Source: Octopus bimaculoides (lineage: Eukaryota). From it: 64,000 nucleotides of DNA. The DNA lies in NCBI RefSeq assembly GCF_001194135.2, contig NC_068987.1, positions 16,199,421-16,263,420 of the forward strand, given 5' to 3'. Below are positions 12,477-25,214 of this stretch, piece after piece (positions within the stretch are counted from its first letter, which is position 1; every line of letters begins with the position of its first letter). The notes beneath the pieces are model-generated. The model saw nothing but the letters and a program-made list of their open reading frames with translations. It had not been told where the DNA came from and did no database searches. A program made the translations under genes and the position numbers.

Positions 12477-12960
12477 CTAAAAGTATTCAAGGACACAGCT
12501 AAATTCTGCAACATAGTTTGTCTGACAGTTTACCAATTCCATTGTATACTGGTTTTATAATATTTAATATTAATAGGAAAAAAAATTGACATATTTGAAA
12601 ACAAACTTGGCCAGGTTTCTGTATTGCTGTGTTGATTGGATGATGAAGAACTCCACCTAGTGGTGAGGTACTTTCAAACCTATTCAACTTATGTTAGCCT
12701 GAGAAAACAGATGTAAGATGACATTGATATTTATAAATTTGTTTCAAATATAGGCAGGCATGGAGTTATAAATTTGTCATGAGAGGTAAATCGATTAAAT
12801 AATTGACCCCAATACTAGAGTGGTATGTTCTTGTTTGTCAAAATCCCACTCAGAGAGATGTAGAAATATAAAAACACACATCTGCTCAATTTCTTATATT
12901 GAATGTGCTTTTATTCTGACTTAGCAGGACAACTAACTGATTGTATATGTATATTGACAC

Positions 12961-13104
12961 AGGTGTGACTGTGTGTTAAGAAGCTTGCTTCCCAACCACA
13001 TGGTGCCTACTGCATGACACCTTGGGCAAATGTTTTCTATAGCCTTGGTCAAACCAAAGCCTTGTGAGTGGATTTAGTAGACAGAAACTGAAAGAAGCCC
13101 ATCG

Positions 13105-13153
<49 letters not shown>

Positions 13154-13420
13154 GTATATATATATATATATATATATCTATATCTATACAAACATGCATG
13201 TATATATTTTTGTGTCAGTGTTTCTCTCCCCACCATCACTTGACAATTGATGTTGGTGTGTTTACCTCTCTGTAACTTAGCAGTTTGGCAACAGAGACCA
13301 ATAGAATAAGTACTAGGCTTACAAAGAATAAGTCCTGGGGTGGATTTGTTCAATTAAAAATCCCTTTAAGGCAGTTCTCAGTATGGCTGCAGCCAAATGA
13401 CTGAAACAAGTGAAAGAATA
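12961..13420 (+). mobile_element. SINE family A, full length with central (TG)n(TA)n
   Basis: Head, core, microsatellite and tail ...aaatgactgaaacaagtgaaaga are all present. Confidence 0.9.
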
Positions 13421-13590
13421 TATCCACACACACACACATACATACATACATACATATATACACTCATATACGCGAACGATTTTAACTATATTGTTACTAA
13501 TGGTTTTGTTTTAAACATGGTGTGGTGTTCAAACACATACAGTGACACTGACACAGAAAAATGCACCTAAATACACACAACTATACTTAT

Positions 13591-13663
<73 letters not shown>

Positions 13664-13666
13664 AAA

Positions 13667-13800
13667 TTTCTGTGCCTACCAAATTCCATTTACAAGTTAT
13701 TTGTCAACCATGGGTCCAAGACACTCTGTGTACTGCACTGTGGGAATGAAATCTGAACAGTATGGTTGCAAAGCGAACTTCGTAACCACATAGCCACGCC
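13667..13800 (-). mobile_element. SINE family A, 5' half, diverged
   Basis: ctaccaaattccatttacaag...tatggttgcaaagcgaacttcgtaaccacatagccacgcc. Confidence 0.65.
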
Positions 13801-14469
13801 TATGACTGGTGTATATATGTGCACATGCAATAATTTCGACTGTTTAAATAAACACACCATTATGTATGTTTATTAGGCCGAAACTTTGCTTGGTGGCTGT
13901 GTTTGTTGATAAAATGGCTTATCTATTTGTGTATTTTGTATTAGGTGTGTTTGTGTGTATATGTGTGTATAAATGTATGCTTATGTGTATGGGAAGGGGG
14001 GTGGTTGGCTGTGTGTGTATGTGTGTGTATGTGTATATGTGCATATATATGTATGTATGTATGTGTGTGTGTGATTGCATAATTTTTTATTTGCTTCAGC
14101 TAATTCAGTATATATAAATATATCAACGTTACAAATGAATGATGTTATCGGACGGTCTTTTTCTGTCACTGGGAACTAAGCCATGCGTCTGTTGTCGCTA
14201 ACTAGAGAAAGAAGTATTTTAACTACTACACTACTAGGACAGCTTTGTAGCCTTTTGTTAATAACTGTATGTATATTCATATTCTGCAACTGTTAATGCA
14301 TTTTGTTTTCAACATGTCTGCCCCCCACTCCTTTTAATCTACATTCATAATTCTAGTCAACTTAACTTTTGTTGATTTAGTTATTGTTATTAGCTTACTA
14401 TACTGTAGTATAAAATGAATTGACATTGGCAATTATTATTCTTGTTGTTGTTGTTGTTACTGCTACTAC

Positions 14470-15120
14470 CACCAGGCCAGCAGTTCCGAGGGGAAGAGAT
14501 TAGTTGGTTACATTGACTCCAGTATTTGACTGTTATTCTTTCTTGTTGTCCTCGAAAGGTTGAAAGGCAAAGTTGACTTTGGCAGGATTTGAACTCGGAA
14601 TGTAAAGAACTGGAAGAAATGCTGCTAAGCATTTTGTCCAACATGCTAACAACTCTGCCAGCTCACTGCTTTTAATGGTTTCAAATTTTAGCTCAAGGCC
14701 AGCAATTTTGAGGGAAGGAGGAGAATCAATTATATTGACCCCAGTACTTGTATTAGTCCAGAAAAAAATGGAAGGCAAAGTTGACTTCAGTAGGATTTGA
14801 ACTCAGAATATAATGAGCTGGAAGAAATACTGCCAAGCATTTTGTCTGATACACTAGCAATTCTGCAGCACGCTGCCTTGGTGGTGGTAGTAATAATAGT
14901 AATAATAATAATGGTTTCAAATTTTAGCACAAGGCCAGCAAGTTCAGGTGATGGGGGTCATGTCGATTACATTGACTCCAGTGTTCAATTGGTACTTATT
15001 TTCCCTGACTCTGAAAGGCGAAGTCAACCTCTGCAGAATTTGAACTCAGAACGTAAAGACTGACAAAATGTCGCTAAGCCTTTTGCTCGGCTTGATAATG
15101 ATTCTGCCAGCTTGCCTCAA
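14470..15120 (-). mobile_element. Three head-to-tail copies of repeat family D (~210 bp SINE-like)
   Basis: Each carries ggccagca...gaaaggcaaagttgac...ggatttgaactcagaa...gctaagcattttg...ctgccagc. Copies abut or are separated by short triplet runs. Confidence 0.85.
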
Positions 15121-15386
15121 CGATAGTAACAATGATAGGGGTTTCTTTATTAACCACTAAAGTTAACAAAGACATTAGGGACAGTACAGGAAAATTGAAG
15201 CAAGAAATGATTCCCCCAAAATGAGGCAGACCTCTGAGTCCTACTGATGGAAACTACACAAAACCACAGTCACCATGATTCCTGTTGTCCTCCTCTAGAC
15301 TTCAGGCACATACTCAGAGCAGGCCAGCTCACTCGAACCATCTTTTCTACTTGTCCACCTCTCAACAAATTTGTGGTAAGGTAAAA

Positions 15387-15720
15387 GTGAAGGTACATGG
15401 CTCAGTGGTTAGAGCGTTGGGCTCACAATCATGAGGTAGTGAGTTCGATTCTCGGACCGGGCTGTGTGTTGTGTTCTTGAGCAAGACACTTCATTTCACA
15501 TTGCTCCAATTCATTCAGTTATTGAAATGAGTTGTGATGTCACTGGTGCCAAGCTGTATCTACCTTTGCCTTTCTCTTGGATAACATTGGTGGCATGGAG
15601 AGGGGAGGCTGGTATGCACGGGCGACGGCTGGTCTGCCACAAACAACTTTGCCCAGACTTGTGCCTTGGAGGGGAATTTTCTAGATGCATTTTCATGGTC
15701 ATACATGACCGAAGGAAGTC
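15387..15720 (+). mobile_element. tRNA-derived SINE family B, full length
   Basis: tggctcagtggttagagcg A box, gagttcgattctc B box, tail ...catgaccgaagg. Confidence 0.9.
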
Positions 15721-18399
15721 CTAGAACTTCCATCTCTGTGCATATTGTGTACAGTACTCAGGTGCACTACATCTTGTCAGGAAAGGGTAAAAGAGGGAAC
15801 AAAAAGTGGTAATAAGTTGGCTAAAGAAAGCCAAAAATGCAGGTATACAGGTTAAAAGGCACAAAAAGGACAGAAAAGTGGACAGTAAAAGACATAAAGA
15901 GAAAAGGGTGCATAAACAGGCCAGGAGTAGTGTTGGCAAATTTTGAGAATCTAACTTGCATTGAATTCTATCTCAAACATTAATTGATATGTGAGATGTC
16001 GTGTAAGTAGTTTAATACATATAAAATTAGGGCATAGCATAATTTGCTAAGTCAGTATCATGTTGAATGACCGGTTGAGAATGGTCAACTGTCCTGTCAC
16101 TGGAACTTGGTGTTGTGTCCTTTACTCACATTGGGAAGTTTAACTCAAAAGTGCTTCTTAAAGTGGTTAGTATTGCCCACTGGAGGTGCCGTGGAGAATT
16201 TTATATGGGAACTGGGAACAATGAGGGCAGCAGGAGTGGGGCAGAAGTGATAGATGTGTCTGTGCAGTTGTTTTTTGCNNNNNNNNNNNNNNNNNNNNNN
16301 NNNNNNNNNNNNNNNNNNNNNNNNNNNNNNNNNNNNNNNNNNNNNNNNNNNNNNNNNNNNNNNNNNNNNNNNNNNNNNNNNNNNNNNNNNGGCAGCAGGA
16401 GTGGGGCAGAAGTGATAGATGTGTCTGTGCAGTTGTTTTTTGCTGTTGTGTACTATTTTAAGTATTCTTTGTTGTCAACAACCGGACAACTACACATTCA
16501 CCAGCTGAGCAAGCATGTCAGCTGTTGCACGGGGAGGATTTTGCACTCTCAAGTCTTTCACTGAACATGCGTGTACATGTTATTGGTTGTTCACTCATGC
16601 AAGCATTATGTATATTGTGTGGGTTGCTACTGAGTAGTAATATTAATTTTTTCTTGTATTTCTTTGGTAACAGTTGTGCGATTATACAGTGAGGTGTGGA
16701 CATTTTTTACTGTCAATGTCTTCATATTCTCTCAATAGGGAAACTGTTTTACTCTAAGTGCAATGAAGGCCATCCAACTCTAAAAACAAATGCTGCCTCA
16801 ATATATTCATCTAACCCATGCTAGCATGGAAAAATAAGCCCAGACAAAATAAATAGTCTTAAAAATAGGCTAATTTTCACGTGTCTAGTTTTACAGTAAC
16901 AATGAATGCATGTTGCCTTGTGGTCAGGATGTTGCACTCACGATCGTAAGATTATGGTTTCAATTCCTGAACAAGGCAGCATGTTGTGTTCTTGGGTAAA
17001 ACACTTCATTTCATGTTATTCCACTCAGCGATCCAGCCATGACCGGCCCATATTTTTCTTCTATATGGTAAATCCAGGGCCACATTACTCAATGTGCTTT
17101 CTTTATAAAACACTGGGATTTAAAGGTGATTTGGCTGCTATTACTAACAGTTCAGGCAGCCACATGAAGGTTCCACGTAGAGGCTTCAGGCGATGGTGGT
17201 AGTAGTAGGAGGTTGTGGTGATGATTGTGGTAACAATTACTAGGATAATGGTGGTAGTGGTGGCAGGGAAAGCTGTACAGGTGATGGTGTAGATAGTCGT
17301 GAGGGAGAAGAATTGGAGGACACTGGTGGCTATGATTGCTAATAAGGGTTGGGTTAATGGCTGTAATGGATGTTAGAAGATGACAACATATCTAGAGTGG
17401 TGCTACTGATTGTAGTGGCTGGGCTTATGGTAATTGCAATTGTTCTGTCTGTGAGAATTGTTACATTTCCAAAACTGAAAAGCTTGACTTTTCTCAGAGG
17501 TCAAGAACTGAATTTGCAACACAAATACACACACACACACACACACANNNNNNNNNNNNNNNNNNNNNNNNNNNNNNNNNNNNNNNNNNNNNNNNNNNNN
17601 NNNNNNNNNNNNNNNNNNNNNNNNNNNNNNNNNNNNNNNNNNNNNNNNNNNNNNNNNNNNNNNNNNNNNNNNNNNNNNNNNNNNNNNNNNNNNNNNNNNN
17701 NNNNNNNNNNNNNNNNNNNNNNNNNNNNNNNNNNNNNNNNNNNNNNNNNNNNNNNNNNNNNNNNNNNNNNNNNNNNNNNNNNNNNNNNNNNNNNNNNNNN
17801 NNNNNNNNNNNNNNNNNNNNNNNNNNNNNNNNNNNNNNNNNNNNNNNNNNNNNNNNNNNNNNNNNNNNNNNNNNNNNNNNNNNNNNNNNNNNNNNNNNNN
17901 NNNNNNNNNNNNNNNNNNNNNNNNNNNNNNNNNNNNNNNNNNNNNNNNNNNNNNNNNNNNNNNNNNNNNNNNNNNNNNNNNNNNNNNNNNNNNNNNNNNN
18001 NNNNNNNNNNNNNNNNNNNNNNNNNNNNNNNNNNNNNNNNNNNNNNNNNNNNNNNNNNNNNNNNNNNNNNNNNNNNNNNNNNNNNNNNNNNNNNNNNNNN
18101 NNNNNNNNNNNNNNNNNNNNNNNNNNNNNNNNNNNNNNNNNNNNNNNNNNNNNNNNNNNNNNNNNNNNNNNNNNNNNNNNNNNNNNNNNNNNNNNNNNNN
18201 NNNNNNNNNNNNNNNNNNNNNNNNNNNNNNNNNNNNNNNNNNNNNNNNNNNNNNNNNNNNNNNNNNNNNNNNNNNNNNNNNNNNNNNNNNNNNNNNNNNN
18301 NNNNNNNNNNNNNNNNNNNNNNNNNNNNNNNNNNNNNNNNNNNNNNNNNNNNNNNNNNNNNNNNNNNNNNNNNNNNNNNNNNNNNNNNNNNNNNNNNNN

Positions 18400-18450
<51 letters not shown>

Positions 18451-18934
18451 TTTATATGTGTGTATTTATGCATATTTACTCCTGTGTGCGAGTATACTTG
18501 TGTGTGTGTATTCATGCATATGTCTGGTTGTAAAGAGAAAAGAAAAAAAAATAAATGTGTGTATTAAGTGGTAAACAAGAAATACAATTTTTAAAAGAAT
18601 AAATTAAAGAGAAATTGCTCCAACTTGCCATCTGCAAGACAAAAGAATAGTCAACAGTCAAATTAGTACTAAAAAGTTTAATGCAGTAAACATTAAAAAA
18701 AGTTAATTAGAAATAATTATACTGCGAGGAAAAGACAAACATTAGCTCAAAGACCAATATGATTTTAATTACTCTAGAAAGTATGGAGTGTTGATTTTTG
18801 GTATGTTCTGGTGTTATACTCTGCTCAAGAAGAACAGACTTTTACTGTCTATTGTAATGTGGTGATGAGAGGTTATCGCTCAATGAATATATGGTACTGT
18901 ACATTTACTTAGGTCTGTCTCAGCCTTAGGACTC

Positions 18935-19095
18935 GCAAAGCCAAGGATTAACCTGGTTTCAATAGCATATAAGTGATTGAGATTACAACACAGTCCTTGG
19001 ATTGGACACCAGTTCATCACATGGTGAACTTCCTAGCTATTGCTGGAGCACATAGTTGAGTGGACTGGAGTAATGTGAAATGAAGTAATGTTTAT
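18935..19095 (-). mobile_element. Diverged SINE sharing the family B core with a different tail
   Basis: gttgagtggactggagtaatgtgaaatgaagt is the reverse complement of the family B core acttcatttcacattgctcca...tcag. Confidence 0.45.
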
Positions 19096-19173
19096 CCCTA
19101 CTTAAACATGAATGTACTGTTAGAACAGACTATGCTGTGGTAGATACCATGCTAGAAACTCTAGTATTAGCTT

Positions 19174-19350
19174 TTGACAACCCGATGCTGGTACGTTTAC
19201 GTCCCCCATAACTTAGCGGTTCGGCAAAAGAGACCAATAGAATAAGTACTAGGCTTACAAATAATAAGTCCTGGGGGTCAGTTTGCTCGACTGAAGGCAG
19301 TGCTCCAGCATGGCTGCAGTCAAATGACTGAAAGTAACGAATAAAGAATA
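19174..19350 (+). mobile_element. SINE family A, 3' half (5'-truncated)
   Basis: ttgacaacccgatgctggt...aacttagcggttcggcaaaagagacc...ctccagcatggctgcagtcaaatgactgaaa. Confidence 0.85.
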
Positions 19351-20017
19351 ATATGTTACAGTATTATCAGATGTGACCAAGAAAAAAAAATGACCGATTT
19401 CCTTGTGCAAGCCTGAGTAAATTGCATTAGATAGGTAACTAACTGGGAAGCAAACATGTTTGGTAAACAGGTGCTGCTGACATAGTAGATATAAGCAGTG
19501 GGGACTGCTCAATTATTGGCGTATAAAATATCAGCAAGTAATCAGCGGGCAATCAGTGGAACAATCGGTAAAGAGAAACAGAGCAAGTGTGTGATTTGCC
19601 ATTTCAGATTTTGAGTGGCCTCTGAACTAAGGATAATGTCAACATTGTCACATCAGAATTATATTTATAGAAATTAGGGTAATAATGTTTTTTATATGCT
19701 CCATCATCTAAAAGTTTGTTCTCCTCTCTGCTGTCTGGCTGCTGCTGCTGAATTAACTGTGAGAGAATAAAAGTTTTGTTGGTCCTCTTGGCTGGATAAA
19801 CAGCCATGAAGAAATTGTCTTTTATCACCACTGACCTGGTGGTGATGCTGGCGGCAGTGGTGATGATGGTGGTGGTGGGGATGGTGGGGCGTTCTGATGG
19901 TGGTGGTGGTGGTGGTAAGGGTAGGGGATAGCAGTGATGGTGGTAGTTGCAGATGGTAGTGGTGGATACGCTGTGCGTATCTATGTGTGTAACAATTTTA
20001 GAGTTCGGAGTCTAGAG

Positions 20018-20077
20018 TTAGGGTTAGTTTTAGGGTTAGGGTTACGGTTACGGTTAACAGTCTAGTTAGGGTTAGGG
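20018..20077 (+). repeat. Interstitial telomere-like (TTAGGG)n with variants
   Basis: Five exact TTAGGG units (20018, 20030, 20036, 20066, 20072) plus TTACGG x2 and TTAGTT. Confidence 0.85.
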
Positions 20078-20358
20078 GATTAATACGATATACACCGTTA
20101 CAGCGCTAACTGTTTTCAACTGAATAGACGTCAGTGATTAGTAGAAATTATCGAAATATGACAATTTTTTACATGAAATAAATTTGAATACAAAAATATT
20201 TTTCTGTTCTATAACACAAAATAGATAAGTATACGAAGTTTGAAAGTCTTTCCGTACCAAAAACACTACATAAAACATAAATGAAAACTGGCGCCCCCAT
20301 TTTAAAATAGATCCCAGAGATGCACATCGAAATCGAAATCGTAATTGGACCATATTCG

Positions 20359-20827
20359 ATGACTGGCACCTGTGCCAGTGGAGCACTAACAGCACTGTCT
20401 GAGCGTGATCATTGCCAGAGCAGCTGTCTGGCTTCCATGCTAGTGGCACGTAAATAGCACCGTTTGAGCGTGATCATTACCAGCATCACTTTACTGGCAC
20501 TTATGCCGGTGGCACATTAGAAAACATTCGAGCGAGGTCGTTGCCAGTGCCGCTGGACTGGCTCCTGTGCAGGTAGCACGTAAAAAAACACCATCTTGAG
20601 CGTGGCCGTTGCCAGTACCGCCTGACTCGCCCTCATGCCGGTGGCACGTAAAAGCACCCATTACACTCTTGGAGTGGTTGGTGTTAGGAAGGGCATTCAG
20701 CTGTAGAAACTCTGCCAGATCAGATTGGAGCCTGGTGCAGCCATGTGGTTCACCAGTCCTCAGTCAAATCGTCCAACCCATGCTAGCATGGAAAGCGGAT
20801 GTTAAACGATGATGATGATGATGATGA
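20359..20827 (+). mobile_element. Repeat family E with internal 64-68 bp tandem units and (GAT)n tail
   Basis: gagcg anchor recurs at 20401, 20466, 20530, 20598. The 3' end ccaacccatgctagcatggaaagcggatgttaaacgatgatg is also seen at 50985-51030 (+) and 52678-52725 (-). Confidence 0.85.
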
Positions 20828-22477
20828 CTTCAGTAATGAAAGGAATTTTTTTTAGCTATGGAAGGAATTTTTTTGTTAGGCTAGACCCCAGAGTAGTCTC
20901 CTAAACAGAGTAGAGTCTACTAAAGGCACATGGAGCAAGATGTTGGTGTTAAACTGGATGAAAGCTTTAGTTCATCATTTAAAAACAAGAGCAGTCCATC
21001 CCACAGGCTTGTATCTTCTTTCCACCCACTCAGTTTTCACCTACTTTATTTTCTGGCATACAAGTTAATAGCATAGATTGTAAACATATAGTGTAACCAT
21101 TCTAACGTCGTCATTATCTTTCCAAATCCTGCTGCATTTCACATAGAATTTTTGGTTCTCCAAAGTTGTTTCGGTGTCAACCTTTTTTTTTGCTGTAAAT
21201 TTTGGTCTGAAAAGTTTGGTTTGTATGTTGGAAAATATGCCCAGTTATGGTCAGCCTAATGGGATCAAACTTAGAATCTGTGTGAGAGTGAAACAAACTT
21301 CTTAACTATGCAGCCATGTCTGTTGGTACCTGTTAAACAATCTTCCAGTTTAGTAAACTAACAAGAATAGCTCAGGTTACAGCTTTCATATTTAATTATT
21401 CTTTCTTTTCATTTTCTCAATTAATTCATTCCATATTTAATTAGAAACAAAAAAAAAAAAAAAAAAAAAAAAAGATATCTTTAGTATTTACTGTCTTAAT
21501 TATTTCGAGAATGCCAAGGGACTGGAATAATTTCGGTCGACTTGTCAAACCTGTAAAGTTGTTTTCTCTGACCTAGAAAAACACTGGTGCAAACTCTTGG
21601 TTGTGTGTGTGTTTGTAGATTTCGGGTTATTGAGGTTTTTTAGCTAAATCAGATGGTTGCCGAGTATAAGGACTGGTGGATGGTATATTGTGCATTTATG
21701 GTGATAGCTGTAGAATGACAGAATGGTGACTGAATGAATCAACTTTAAATGAAAATATATCTGCTTACCTGCCTGTCTGTCTGCTTACCTGTCTGTCTAT
21801 CTATCTGTCTGTCATAAGTTGATAAAACAAGTATTGATCGAGTTTTTGGTTTGTTCCTCATCATTGTTGTTGCTGTCATCATCGTTGCTACCTTTATCGT
21901 CTTTACTCCATGTCTGCTTTCCATGCTGGCATGGGTTGTGTATGCTGTTTTAGTCTGGGTTCTTATTTGCAGTCACTACTCTTCTCTTGGACATGTTAGA
22001 GGGACCAGCCTACAGAATGTATGGGGGTTCAAGTTACCATGGCACCAGTACTAACAAAGTTGTTTTGTACCCTACAAGACAGAAAGGGTTTCTCGCTACT
22101 CTGTGTTGTGTCTGTGCTGTGGGGGGCCTTGTGATCATTAGAGTGGGTTGGAAAGAGAATATGAACCAGAGTGGAAGAGAGAAAGAAATGAGTGTGATGT
22201 AGGATGAGTTGGTGAGATTAGGGTGACAATGTGGCGAGAGGGAGTGATGGAAGAAGGACAGTGATGGCTAGATGTAATGAGAGACATTGCTTGTAGAAGA
22301 TAGTGGGGAGAGAGAAAGGCAGAGAAGAAGAGATGGTTAATAAGTCACCTTAGAAGAGGGAAGATGTTGTGGTTGCTAGCAGTACAGGTGGGTGATGTTA
22401 ACACATAACCATTATCAAACTTTATTCAATCCTGTCTGTTTTACTAAGGGACAATATTTTGTCTCTCATTAGCGTTT

Positions 22478-22701
22478 GATCTTTTGCATTTAAACCGACC
22501 ATATCTGGCCCAGATAGTCCACCTGTTTTATGTTCAAGCCAGCCAGATCTAGCCTCTTATACCTAACCTAGAATGTCATTCTAAAAATAAGCAGTCACAC
22601 TATCAAAATCACAAAGCTACAAGATGATGCATGATTAATTAAAAAAGTGTTATTAAATAAGCATTATATACCAGCAAGTTATCTGAATACTTAAGGGTTA
22701 A
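22478..22701 (-). mobile_element. MITE family 2
   Basis: Ends ...tctgaatacttaaggg|ttaa. Reverse complement of 35057-35275. Confidence 0.75.
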
Positions 22702-23273
22702 CTGTACACCTCTTCTGCAAAACCCAGCTATAGCTTAGTCACTGAAGGAGACTGTACATGATTGCTTGACCTGCTAAAAAAAGTAGTTACCAGTCTCTTT
22801 GAAATAACACTTCGTCATATTAAAACAAATGGGACAAATATGAAGAAATATAGTCATAGATACTTAACAAAAAACAAAAGTACAGGAGTGGTATGGTTTG
22901 AATGTCTTAGATAAAAAAAAAGCTTGATTAGGGCCAGTCTTCAGCTATACTACAACCACAACTACAACAGCAGCAGTTAGATGAATTAAGCTATTAAAAG
23001 TTAATGTGTATAGACTATGGGCTGTTTTTTCATTGCAAGCAACAAGACATGAACTGTTGACTCCTTGGTTTACAGCATTGCATTCTATCAACTTTATCTG
23101 CTTCAACAACTCTGATTAGAATTAAACTGAAGCGCAGAGAAAATGGGGGAAGAGAAGAAGAAAAGAAGTTTAATAGAGTTTATTCTATAATTTAGAAACT
23201 ATATTGTATTGTAAGTCATGTTGTTGTGGTGTTGTGTCTGTATTCGTGTGTGTGAAAATGTGTGTGTGTATAG

Positions 23274-23328
<55 letters not shown>

Positions 23329-23456
23329 TGTGCAGTGCTTGTCTGGATATAATGATGCACCACTTGTTGGTAATTAGGTGCAATTGTCTATCATGTATAT
23401 GACATGTCTTGATGTCTTGGAGGCAATATATATATGTATGTCTGCATGTGGTATTC

Positions 23457-23502
<46 letters not shown>

Positions 23503-23686
23503 ACTGTTTCTGTCTCTGTGTGTTTCTTTCTGTCTTTCTGACACAGCCTGTGGTTGTGATGGTGGACATTGTGTGATTATGTAATTGCCTCTAATTCCTT
23601 TTGATGGAACTAAAATGCTGAAGGGCAATTGAGAAAATCATTTGTTGAATGGTAGGTTTGATGCTTTTGGTAAAGTGAAGAAGGCC

Positions 23687-23746
<60 letters not shown>

Positions 23747-24400
23747 NNNNNNNNNNNNNNNNNNNNNNNNNNNNNNNNNNNNNNNNNNNNNNNNNNNNNN
23801 NNNNNNNNNNNNNNNNNNNNNNNNNNNNNNNNNNNNNNNNNNNNNNNNNNNNNNNNNNNNNNNNNNNNNNNNNNNNNNNNNNNNNNNNNNNNNNNNNNNN
23901 NNNNNNNNNNNNNNNNNNNNNNNNNNNNNNNNNNNNNNNNNNNNNNNNNNNNNNNNNNNNNNNNNNNNNNNNNNNNNNNNNNNNNNNNNNNNNNNNNNNN
24001 NNNNNNNNNNNNNNNNNNNNNNNNNNNNNNNNNNNNNNNNNNNNNNNNNNNNNNNNNNNNNNNNNNNNNNNNNNNNNNNNNNNNNNNNNNNNNNNNNNNN
24101 NNNNNNNNNNNNNNNNNNNNNNNNNNNNNNNNNNNNNNNNNNNNNNNNNNNNNNNNNNNNNNNNNNNNNNNNNNNNNNNNNNNNNNNNNNNNNNNNNNNN
24201 NNNNNNNNNNNNNNNNNNNNNNNNNNNNNNNNNNNNNNNNNNNNNNNNNNNNNNNNNNNNNNNNNNNNNNNNNNNNNNNNNNNNNNNNNNNNNNNNNNNN
24301 NNNNNNNNNNNNNNNNNNNNNNNNNNNNNNNNNNNNNNNNNNNNNNNNNNNNNNNNNNNNNNNNNNNNNNNNNNNNNNNNNNNNNNNNNNNNNNNNTGTA

Positions 24401-24432
<32 letters not shown>

Positions 24433-24799
24433 TGTTTGTATATATATGTGTGTGTATATATGTGTGTGTGTGTATATATGTGTGTATATATGTGTGTGTG
24501 TGTATATATGTGTGTGTGTATGTATATATGTGTGTGTGTGTATATATATATATATATGTGTATGTGTGTGTATGTATATATGTGTGTGTGTGTATATATA
24601 TATATGTGTATGTGTGCGTGTGTGTATATATGTGTGTGTATATGTGTGTGTGCGTATATGTGTGTGTGTATGTATATATATATATATGTGTGTGTATATA
24701 TATGTGTGTGCGTATATGTGTGTGTGTGTATGTATATACACACACACACATACACACACACATTCCTATTTTCTAGAAGCGAATGAGTTTGGTTTCCAC

Positions 24800-25162
24800 A
24801 GGTGTGGGCATGGCTCTGTGGGAAGACACTTGCTTCTCAATCACATAGTTCTGGGTTCAGTCCCACTGCATGGCACATTAAGCGAGTGTCTTCTATTATA
24901 GCCCTGGTCCAACCAAAGCCTTGTGAATAAACTTGGTGGGTGGAAACTGAAAGAAGTCTGTCTTTGTGTTTGTCTTCCACCATCGCTTGACGACTGGTGT
25001 TGGTTTGTTTATGTCCCGTGTAACTTAACAGGTGGGCAAAAGATACCATTAAAATAAGTACTCTACTTAAAAAAAGGAGATGTGTACTGAGACTGATTCA
25101 TTTGACTAAAAGCCTTCAAGGTGGACCCACAGTGTAGCCACAGTTCAGTCACTGAAACAAAC
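24800..25162 (+). mobile_element. SINE family A, near full length
   Basis: Head ggcatggctctgtgg, core ccaaccaaagccttgtgaat...ggaaactgaaagaag, tail cagtcactgaaacaa. Confidence 0.8.
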
Positions 25163-25214
25163 CTGGGAGCTAAATAACTGCAGCACCACATTGAATTTCC
25201 ACATGATCAGCTAC

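Noticed and set aside
14183-14213. Additional ATG-to-GT phase-1 mini-exons (MRLLSLTRER here; MSDEN at 5171-5186)
   Set aside because: Donors are weak (gtattt, gtggtg) and phase agreement is expected one time in three by chance.
15387-15465. tRNA gene-like sequences with A/B boxes (also 10095-10165, 32110-32184, 55885-55957)
   Set aside because: No proper acceptor stem or Pol III terminator; each runs into a shared SINE body.
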